From contig CAWJWJ010000002.1 of NCBI GenBank assembly GCA_963846575.1, forward strand, positions 736,001 to 800,000: 64,000 bases of DNA, in the 5' to 3' direction. Shown here piece after piece: positions 10,648-18,473 of this stretch. Positions within the stretch are counted from its first letter, which is position 1. Each line of letters opens with the position of its first letter. The translations under genes and the position numbers were made by a program. Under the pieces are notes generated by a model, which worked only from the letters and a program-made list of their open reading frames with translations, did not search any database and was not told the DNA's origin. This stretch comes from an uncultured Nitrospiraceae bacterium (GTDB lineage: Bacteria > Nitrospirota > Nitrospiria > Nitrospirales > Nitrospiraceae).

Positions 10648-11550
10648 TTAAACTGAGGAACCGGACGAGGCGGTCCGGAGCGATCTGGCCAGACCTGCCT
10701 TCGACAGCAGGTATATGAGCCACTTGGACGGATCGAAGTTGTACCAGAGCGGTCCGTTCCGGTAGTCGCTGGGATAGGTGTGATGATAGTTATGGTAGCC
10801 TTCACCGAAGGTCAGCAACGATACAAACCATGAATTGCGGCTTGAATTGGCCTTGCTGTAAGGTTGCTCTCCCCACAAATGACAGACCGAGTTGATGCAG
10901 AAGGTGGAGTTCAGCACGGCGAACGTTCGTCCGACTCCGGCCAGCATAAAGCCACCGATTCCGCCCCGCCAGCCATTGTGAAGAAATCCCACCACAAAGG
11001 GGAGCGCCAGGCCGATCATGACGATTGCCGCGTAATGGCGGTGTTGCCACATGGCGACCCGGTCCTGCGTGACGCGGGAGCCGAATCGCTCGTCAGTGCA
11101 GGGTACGGGATTGAGGAGCCAGCCGCAGTGGCTATACCAGAACCCTCGTTGAGCATTGTAGGGATCGGCCGGGTCATCGCAGTGCGCATGGTGACGCAAA
11201 TGGTCGGCCGTCCATTTCGCACCTGAGTTCTGTAGTGCCCAGCCGCCTGCGATGAGCAGGCAAGCCTTCACCCAGTCGGGGCATTCGAAACTGCGATGGG
11301 TCAGGAGGCGGTGATAGCCTACCGTGATGCCCAGTCCGGTGATGACGTAGAGCACCACAAACATCGTCCAATCCAGCCAGGAATATCCATAGATCAGTCC
11401 GTACCCCGGGACGGCGATCATCGAGCCTGCGACGATCGACCAGAAAAGCAGATAGGTCCAGAATTTATGGTGAATACGATGTACGACGTCGACGGGAACC
11501 GCAACCTGAGAGACATCTTGCATCTCACCAGAATAATCAAGCCCAGACAT
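10648..11550 (-). CDS. Delta-9-type acyl-lipid/acyl-CoA desaturase
   Basis: Three His boxes HRLLTH, HLRHH and GEGYHNYHH, plus TM helices. Confidence 0.93.
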   Translation of the reverse strand: MSGLDYSGEMQDVSQVAVPVDVVHRIHHKFWTYLLFWSIVAGSMIAVPGYGLIYGYSWLDWTMFVVLYVITGLGITVGYHRLLTHRSFECPDWVKACLLIAGGWALQNSGAKWTADHLRHHAHCDDPADPYNAQRGFWYSHCGWLLNPVPCTDERFGSRVTQDRVAMWQHRHYAAIVMIGLALPFVVGFLHNGWRGGIGGFMLAGVGRTFAVLNSTFCINSVCHLWGEQPYSKANSSRNSWFVSLLTFGEGYHNYHHTYPSDYRNGPLWYNFDPSKWLIYLLSKAGLARSLRTASSGSSV

Positions 11551-11738
11551 TTTCGCAAGCGCATTCTCAGTGGAGGGTATCCTGCGTTGGAAATTCGGTG
11601 CGATTCGGCGGCCCTTGCCAGAGAGACGTTAGGGTGAATGGCCGGTCAACCGGCTGCTGGTCAGGCCGTTGAAGTTGTTACATCGTGGAGAGTCGGCTCA
11701 ATGCATCGAGTCGTTTCAATACCCAAGGGAGGACGGGG

Positions 11739-12081
11739 ATGCGTGTACAGGCTGTAAATGTACGAAGGGCGGTTCTCGTGGTGTTTGTGAGTGGGTGTCT
11801 CCTTGGGCTTTCCGGACTGATCGAGCCTCTCTTGTCGGCCACCGATACTCCGTCCTCAACCGACCAAGACCATGCCTCCACGCCGGCGGGTTCGCCAAAC
11901 AGTTCGAGGAAAGCACGTGAAGGAAAGGGCAACCATCCCGTGAGGAAAGCCTGCGCGGAAGACGTCAAGAAACTTTGTCCTGACGTGAAGGCCGGAGAGG
12001 GGCGAATCGTTCAGACAACAAACACAAGCTCTTTCCCAGGACTGTGCCAGCGCCATGCAGCGAGGCAAGCATCGGCAGTGA
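11739..12081 (+). pseudogene. Secreted Cys-rich-repeat protein, frameshifted near 12015
   Basis: Signal-like N-terminus, then ACAEDVKKLCPDVKAGEGRIVQ. The repeat continues in another frame as QQTQALSQDCASAMQRGKHRQ* (stop 12079-12081). Confidence 0.65.
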
Positions 12082-12277
12082 GGGCCGGTGCCCGGCAGGT
12101 AGATCTCCCGACTTGCCGTCCTGCCTGAAGCGCTGTCTCGGAGCCGGCGTAGGCGCGGCGTAGGCGGGCCGGCTCGTGGCGGTATCGTGAGGAAGTTTTT
12201 CGTTGATTTTGTGTATTTGATGTTAGAAGGGGGATGGTTGCGATAGAGTGGGCCATCATACATACGGGAGGTTACGT

Positions 12278-12658
12278 ATGACTGGAGCCACAGGGGAGGA
12301 ACAATTCTCGGTTGATTTGCGCCAGCATCCACGGTTGCGAGTGCCGGCCCCGTTCGCCTGCTCGCTTTCCCGCCTGGGACTGGCCAAATGGCTCGGTCGT
12401 GGAGCTGACGGAATCGGGGTGGTGTTCGATGTGTCGATGAAGGGGGCGAAGGTGATGAGTGAGGCGGGCATTCAACGTGGAGACAGGTTGGCCGTGAGGC
12501 TGTCTTTACCAAATCAGGCCTCTCCGATGACCGTCGAAGAAGCGACGGTGCGTTGGGAGAAAGATCATGTCTACGGGTTGGAGTTCGTGGATTTGTCACC
12601 GGTCGCCGAAATGCGGCTTCGAAAATTCATCACCATTACGACGAAACCGGCCTCTTGA
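12278..12658 (+). CDS. Single-domain PilZ protein
   Basis: RQHPR and DVSMKG c-di-GMP motifs, VRW..YGLEF; GGGAGG RBS. Confidence 0.9.
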   Translation: MTGATGEEQFSVDLRQHPRLRVPAPFACSLSRLGLAKWLGRGADGIGVVFDVSMKGAKVMSEAGIQRGDRLAVRLSLPNQASPMTVEEATVRWEKDHVYGLEFVDLSPVAEMRLRKFITITTKPAS

Positions 12659-12827
12659 AGCTGTTGCTCGTTCGCACCGTTCAATCAGGCTCGACGGCGT
12701 CTGTGGCAGAATGCCGCGCCCGCTCCAGGACTGCCGGTATCAAGAAATATCATGCGATGTCTCTCATCGTTCGGGAGACGGTGCCGCATTCCCATCCAGC
12801 GTTCGACCCGCTGACTGCAACTTGACA

Positions 12828-12856
12828 TTGCGCTCCTCGACTCAATTCTCTAGAAT
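12828..12856 (+). promoter_or_regulatory. Putative sigma70 promoter of lpxL
   Basis: TTGCGC-N17-TAGAAT. Confidence 0.5.
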
Positions 12857-12873
12857 GACTTCCCCATTCGGCC

Positions 12874-13809
12874 ATGCCCAGCACACATACACGAAGTCAG
12901 CGGCAGGAGCCGCGTGGTCCCTATCATCCCTTTCATTGGCCCACCAGGCTCGGCTTCGGACTGTTTCGCCTGCTGTCAGCTCTTCCGTACCGTTGGCAGC
13001 TCGCCCTTGGACGACAATGCGGACGTCTGTTACATGGGCTCCTCACCAGGCGGCGGGATATTGTCCGTGTGAACCTGGAGCTCTGTTTCCCTGACCAATC
13101 TGTTGGCGAGCGTAATCAGACCGCTCTGCGCTGTTTCGAATCCATGGGGATGGGTATGTTGGAGATCGGTATTGCCTGGTGGGCGAAAGATCCACGCCGC
13201 TATTGTGAGTGTACCATCAAAGGCTTGGAGCACATTCAGGAGGCACTGCAGCTGGGACGGGGAGTCTTGCTCTGTGGGGCACACTTGCATACGGCAGAAC
13301 TTGCCGGCCGCTTTTTAGCCCTGGAACAGGCCATCGCAATCGTGTACCGGCCGCAAAACGATATTGTGGCAGAAACGGTCGCGAACGGATGTCGGAGCCG
13401 GTACTATTCAGATCTGCTCCAGCATCGGGATATGCGGGGCGTGCTACGGGCCTTGGCCAAGAATCGGGTCGTCTGGTATGCCCCCGATATCGATGCGGGA
13501 TCGAAGCGTAGCGTGTTTGCTCCTTTTTTCGGAGTGCCAGCCTCGTCACTCACGGCCACGTCCCGGTTGGCCAAAGTGAGCGGGGCGCCGGTGGTTCCCT
13601 GCTTCTATTTCCGCAGAGCGGATGGCAGCGGGTACGATATCGAAGTGGGGGCGGCGCTCGACCGGTTTCCATCCGATGAGTGGGATGATACGGTGCGTAT
13701 CAATCGTCTGATCGAGGGAGCCGTCCGCCGAGTGCCGGAGCAGTATTTTTGGCAGCATCGCCGATTCAAGAGCCGCCCTCCCGGCGAACCGCCGGTATAT
13801 AAGCGATGA
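12874..13809 (+). CDS. lpxL: Lipid A late acyltransferase (LpxL/LpxP family)
   Basis: HLHTAE catalytic motif, YRPQND, WYAPD, APFFG and PEQYFWQHRRFK. Confidence 0.88.
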   Translation: MPSTHTRSQRQEPRGPYHPFHWPTRLGFGLFRLLSALPYRWQLALGRQCGRLLHGLLTRRRDIVRVNLELCFPDQSVGERNQTALRCFESMGMGMLEIGIAWWAKDPRRYCECTIKGLEHIQEALQLGRGVLLCGAHLHTAELAGRFLALEQAIAIVYRPQNDIVAETVANGCRSRYYSDLLQHRDMRGVLRALAKNRVVWYAPDIDAGSKRSVFAPFFGVPASSLTATSRLAKVSGAPVVPCFYFRRADGSGYDIEVGAALDRFPSDEWDDTVRINRLIEGAVRRVPEQYFWQHRRFKSRPPGEPPVYKR

Positions 13810-13973
13810 GTTCCCTGACTTGAATGTGTGGCGACCGTTCGAGCCAGGATCGCTTCCCGTCCTAGTAAATTTCTCACCGTGCTCAAAAGACGAGAAGTAG
13901 TCGGCCTCAGCGGGGTCTTGGGCTATACTGCCCCTAGCTGGATGTAAAACAGGGGCTCAAGCCGCGCTCTGTC

Positions 13974-14354
13974 ATGAACCGATCCAATCAGCGCCCCGAC
14001 AAGAGAATTGAATTACGACGTCATCCGCGACGTGATGTGCCGCCGACCTGTGTGCTCTCATTCTCCCGTTTTGCCCTTTCGATTACGTTCAACGGCGATA
14101 CGGAGGGCGAAGGCTCGATTGTGAATCTCTCTCTGAAAGGATGCAAGGTCGAGAGTGACGCGGCGGTCAAAGTGGGAGACGCCATGTCCTTGATTCTGCT
14201 CCTTCCGGGGGGAGAAGCGCCCGCGACCATCGATCTAGCCCTGGTGCGTTGGACCCACGGACCATGTTTTGGGCTGGAATTCATTTCTATCGGGACAACC
14301 GAGGTGAACCGGTTGCGCGGCTTTCTGGAATCCGCCGGGATGTCTCAACCGTAA
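13974..14354 (+). CDS. Single-domain PilZ protein
   Basis: RRHPR, NLSLKGC, VRW..FGLEF. Confidence 0.9.
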   Translation: MNRSNQRPDKRIELRRHPRRDVPPTCVLSFSRFALSITFNGDTEGEGSIVNLSLKGCKVESDAAVKVGDAMSLILLLPGGEAPATIDLALVRWTHGPCFGLEFISIGTTEVNRLRGFLESAGMSQP

Positions 14355-14407
14355 GTCTGTCTGCAGAGGTACGTTCGACGCATCGTCCTGACGAAGGGGA
14401 GGGGTCA

Positions 14408-14737
14408 TTGGCGTTACTTAAAGCAGAGCGAAAACCACGCCGGATCACGATCGGTTGTCGATTAGAATTCTCAGGAGAGGATCATGTGGAGGGCGAAGGA
14501 GAGGTGCTCGATCTCTCCTTGAGCGGCTGCATGGTCAAATCGAATAGTGCGGTGCCGCCCGGACTCCAGATGAAGGTCGCATTATTTTTGGCGGATGGGC
14601 ATGAATGGCCGATTCGGGTGGATGAAGCCATCGTCCGTTGGGCGCGGGGAGGTGAATTCGGTATTGAGTTCCTTGCGATGCGCCCCCCTCAGCTTCAGCG
14701 CATTCAGCAGTATGTCATCGAGACCAAGCCTCGCTAA
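14408..14737 (+). CDS. Single-domain PilZ protein
   Basis: RKPRR, DLSLSGC, VRW..FGIEF. TTG start after a purine-rich RBS. Confidence 0.85.
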   Translation: MALLKAERKPRRITIGCRLEFSGEDHVEGEGEVLDLSLSGCMVKSNSAVPPGLQMKVALFLADGHEWPIRVDEAIVRWARGGEFGIEFLAMRPPQLQRIQQYVIETKPR

Positions 14738-14853
14738 GCTCGCCAGGCGGTGACAGGCCACGGGGTGACTCCGCAAACTCCTCGAATTCATCATTTAGGA
14801 TCATTCTGCGCTTTCAGCCGGTTGCTGATTTAGCGGATTACGACTCACCGTCA

Positions 14854-14882
14854 TTGCTTTACTTCCAAGGCTTCCCTACAAT
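14854..14882 (+). promoter_or_regulatory. Putative sigma70 promoter of the MCE operon
   Basis: TTGCTT-N17-TACAAT. Confidence 0.55.
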
Positions 14883-14957
14883 TTCGCCGGACGTTGGGAC
14901 CTCGCTCTGAGGCCCCGGCGAGTCGCTCTACCATGTGATGGAGGTTCCTCACAACGC

Positions 14958-15737
14958 ATGATCGAGTGGGTCGGACGAAAAACCATCGCGGGCTATACCT
15001 ACCTCGCAGCCTTGGGCACACTGGCTTCGCAAGCCTTTCTTGATTTCATTCTTCCGAGGAGGCAGGGGCGTCAGGAGTCTCTGCTAGTCCTGATCAGGCA
15101 GATCTTATTCACAGGGGTGGACGCATTGCCTGTAACGACCGTCATTGCCCTGATGGTCGGCATCATCATCATTACGCAAGCAGGGACGCAGCTTCCGAAG
15201 CTCGGTGCCGGCGGGTTGGTCGGGAGCATCATTGTCGTGGTTGTGGTCCGTGAACTGGGCCCCTTGTTGACGGCGTTCATTGTGGTCGGCCGATCGGGGG
15301 CCGCAATTGCCACCGAACTGGGCAACATGTCGGTGACGCGCGAGGTGGTGGCTCTCCGGCTCATGGGGATTCCGATCAGTCGATTCGTGATCATGCCCCG
15401 CATGGTCGGTATGGTGCTGTCGATGATCTGCCTGACGCTGTATTTTGACGTTGTCGCCGTGCTGGGCGGTTACCTCGTGGCTCATGCGAGGCTGACGATT
15501 CCCTTCTCTGCATTTTTGGCGGGGGTGCTGAAGGCGCTGTCCTCGTCGGATATCGCGTTAACCGTGCTGAAGGGACTACTGTTTGGGGCGGCTGTCGCAG
15601 CCATCTGCTGTCATCATGGGTTGTCTGTCAGGACTTCGTTCACGGAGGTACCGCAGCAGACGACCAGGGCCATGATCAATTCATTCGTGCTCTGTCTACT
15701 GATCGACGTCCTCGTGACGGTACCGCTCTACCTATGA
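14958..15737 (+). CDS. mlaE: MlaE-family ABC permease
   Basis: VRELGPLLTAFIVVGRSGAAIATELGNM..E..AL..MG. Confidence 0.93.
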   Translation: MIEWVGRKTIAGYTYLAALGTLASQAFLDFILPRRQGRQESLLVLIRQILFTGVDALPVTTVIALMVGIIIITQAGTQLPKLGAGGLVGSIIVVVVVRELGPLLTAFIVVGRSGAAIATELGNMSVTREVVALRLMGIPISRFVIMPRMVGMVLSMICLTLYFDVVAVLGGYLVAHARLTIPFSAFLAGVLKALSSSDIALTVLKGLLFGAAVAAICCHHGLSVRTSFTEVPQQTTRAMINSFVLCLLIDVLVTVPLYL

Positions 15738-16474
15738 AAGGGATCGTGCTTACCTTCGAGCGGGTCCGGATGCCGCTATTCGGGGTGCCGTATCAACTGG
15801 AGATCGATCTACAGATTCATGCCGGGGAATTCGTGGCCCTCATGGGGCCGAGCCGCGCCGGGAAAAGTGTAATCGTCGAACTCGCGGCGGGGCTTGTCTC
15901 ACCGCAAGCGGGTCGGGTCATTCTGCTCGGCTCTGAGTGGACCGCGGGGATGGACGAGGAGCCGAGTGCCATTCGTCTTCGCTTGGGAACCGTGCTGCAA
16001 CAGCCGGGCTTACTGAGTAACATGACGCTGTTCAACAATGTGGCCTTGCCCCTCCGCTATCACCACACGTCGCTTTCGGAGCGGGACCGTGAACGTGCTG
16101 TCATGACGCAGTTGGAGCAGCTGCATCTGGCTACCATGCGCGATCGTTTTCCCGCTGAGCTCAATGAAGGGGAAGTGCGCAGGGGTGCCATCGCTCGTGC
16201 CTGGATGCTCGACCCGGAGGTGGTATTGCTGGATGATCCCGTGGGAGGACTGGACGCGGAAACCATTCTGACGTTGAAAGCCTATGTGGAAGAACGTCGG
16301 CGTACTCAAGCAGTGACCGTCGTTGCCGCCCTGCGCTCGTTCTCTCCGTTTATTGAACAAGCCGACCGCTTCATACTGGTTCGCGACGGTCGTGTGGAAG
16401 CCGATGGGCCCCGTGCCGCACTGGTCAACACCGTTGGCCCGATGCTCAAAGGATATCTCGGAGAGCATGCATGA
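15734..16474 (+). CDS. MlaF-like ABC ATP-binding protein with degenerate motifs
   Basis: Walker A GPSRAGKS, Q-loop, signature LNEGE, Walker B LLDDP. ATGA overlap with mlaE. Confidence 0.85.
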   Translation: MKGIVLTFERVRMPLFGVPYQLEIDLQIHAGEFVALMGPSRAGKSVIVELAAGLVSPQAGRVILLGSEWTAGMDEEPSAIRLRLGTVLQQPGLLSNMTLFNNVALPLRYHHTSLSERDRERAVMTQLEQLHLATMRDRFPAELNEGEVRRGAIARAWMLDPEVVLLDDPVGGLDAETILTLKAYVEERRRTQAVTVVAALRSFSPFIEQADRFILVRDGRVEADGPRAALVNTVGPMLKGYLGEHA

Positions 16475-16507
16475 TGGATCCATGGTTCAGCGAGATGGAG
16501 GGGTGGA

Positions 16508-17506
16508 TTGATGGCTATGCATTATTCACATCGACTGTCCAGCGGACGGCTTGCGCAGATCGTTGGGACATTTGTGTTGATACCCGTGCTCATTCTCGCG
16601 GTGGCCGGCTTCTGGATGTCAAAAACCGAACATCTTTTTGAGCCGACGTATCAACTACGGACCAGTATGAGTAAATCGTACGGTCTGGAACCGGGATCGC
16701 CGGTGCTCGTATCAGGAATCTCAATCGGACGGGTCAAGCAGGTCGATCTCAACGATCGGGGCACGGTCGATCTGCAATTGCAGCTCTTAACCCGGTATCA
16801 GGACATGGTGAAGGACAATTCGGAGTTGCGTGTGACCAAGAGCGGCGTCGTGATGGGACAGACACAGGTTGAGATCGGAATGGGCACCATCGGCAGTCCG
16901 ATCCTGACCGAGGGAGCGACGATTCGCGCCGTCGAGCCGAGAGACATCGGAGATCTCATCAATGAAATCGAGCCCGTTCTCGTGTCGGTGAAACAAACGC
17001 TTTTGCGGGTCGAAACCATTACCCGGGATTTGCAGGGCGGACTCAAAGCCGGAAGCAAAGCGCTGGAGCAGGTGGCGGTGGCCATGCAAGACCTGCCGGC
17101 CGTCGTCGCCTCGGTGCAGCGCACAGTTGCCTCGATCGAAAAAACGGCTGGTACACTTCCCGCCATGACCGGCTCCATTCAGCGAACGTTAGGAGTCGTG
17201 GATCGGGTCACGACGGACGTACAACACACCACCGATAAACTGCCGGCCATCCTGAACAGCGCACAATCCACATTGAGCAGCGTCAAACGGCTTTCAGACT
17301 CCGCAGGCGAACTCAGCCAGGAGCTGGCTTCCGTCATTCAGACTGCTCACAGTACGCTGACGGATGTGTCAATCCTGGTGCGCGGCGCGAAACAGACGTT
17401 TCCCTTTAATCGCTTTGCGCAGAATGCCGGACCGGCGCCGACGCATCATGCGGACGGTGTTCCACCCGGTTCACAGAGTCTGCGTGGAGACCAACTTTCA
17501 CGATGA
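16508..17506 (+). CDS. MlaD/MCE-domain protein with long helical C-terminus
   Basis: N-terminal TM helix, GLEPGSPVLVSGISIGRV MCE motif, helical repeats. Confidence 0.9.
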   Translation: MMAMHYSHRLSSGRLAQIVGTFVLIPVLILAVAGFWMSKTEHLFEPTYQLRTSMSKSYGLEPGSPVLVSGISIGRVKQVDLNDRGTVDLQLQLLTRYQDMVKDNSELRVTKSGVVMGQTQVEIGMGTIGSPILTEGATIRAVEPRDIGDLINEIEPVLVSVKQTLLRVETITRDLQGGLKAGSKALEQVAVAMQDLPAVVASVQRTVASIEKTAGTLPAMTGSIQRTLGVVDRVTTDVQHTTDKLPAILNSAQSTLSSVKRLSDSAGELSQELASVIQTAHSTLTDVSILVRGAKQTFPFNRFAQNAGPAPTHHADGVPPGSQSLRGDQLSR

Positions 17507-18459
17507 ACGTGCTGGTACGCAAGCTTCTTCCGGGGGTCTTCGCGATGGCAGAGATCGTCTGGCTGGGTTGCGCGCGACCGGTGCCACCTGCTCCGGAACC
17601 TGTTTCAGGACCATTGATTGCTCAGATGGATTCGTTCTTGATGCAGGGTGGTCGCTGGCTAGCTCGAGACGAATTGGTCCGCGCGGAAGAAGCCTACGAG
17701 ATGGCGCGTCAGAAGGCGGAGGGGCTCGATGATGCGAAGGGGCTTATCGCGTCGCTTCATGGTCTCGGGCAGGTCGCATTCCGTCAAAGGGATACGTCTC
17801 GGGCCGTTCGTTTTCATGGCCGGGCCGTCGGGCTGGCCATGAAACTCGGGGACGCCGGCCTTCTGCTCGAAAGCCTGACTGCGTTGGGGGCCGCCGAGCA
17901 TCAAGCGGGGCATGTCCGGCAGGCCGAGGACCTCTATCGGCGGGCTCTGGAAGTTTCTCAGCAGCGAAAGGATCGGTCGGCGGAAGCGGTCCTGCTAAAT
18001 AACCTTGGTCTGGTGCGGCAGTCGATGGGTGAGGATACGCAGGCTGAACAATTGTTCCATGAGGCGCTGGCCGTGAACCAGGCGATGGGGAACGGGGCCT
18101 CCGAGGCCAGTAACCATGTCAATCTTGGACTCCTGGCAGAAGCTCGCCAGCAGTACGATGTGGCAGAACGGGAATACGAGCGAGCTTTGGAACTGGACAA
18201 GGACGGAGAACGCCGAAATGAGATCGCGGCCGATCTGTATCGACTGGGTGGAATAAATGATCGTCGGGGCGTTCCCCATCGTGCGCTCGGTTATTTCGAG
18301 AGGGCTTATCGAAGTTACTTGGCGCAGGGGAATATGCCCCTCGCGGTCAGGGCCCTGACCCATGCCGTCGAATCTGCCGGCAAGTCACAACTGGGGGAGG
18401 AACTGGCGCGATTACAGAATGAATTGGCTGTGCTGAAGGAGGCTCAGGGAAAACGATAG
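17503..18459 (+). CDS. TPR-repeat putative lipoprotein
   Basis: Lipobox-like WLGC, repeated LNNLG/NLG..A...Y.RAL TPR units, ATGA overlap with the MCE gene. Confidence 0.85.
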   Translation: MNVLVRKLLPGVFAMAEIVWLGCARPVPPAPEPVSGPLIAQMDSFLMQGGRWLARDELVRAEEAYEMARQKAEGLDDAKGLIASLHGLGQVAFRQRDTSRAVRFHGRAVGLAMKLGDAGLLLESLTALGAAEHQAGHVRQAEDLYRRALEVSQQRKDRSAEAVLLNNLGLVRQSMGEDTQAEQLFHEALAVNQAMGNGASEASNHVNLGLLAEARQQYDVAEREYERALELDKDGERRNEIAADLYRLGGINDRRGVPHRALGYFERAYRSYLAQGNMPLAVRALTHAVESAGKSQLGEELARLQNELAVLKEAQGKR

Positions 18460-18473
18460 CATCGCAGCCCGGC

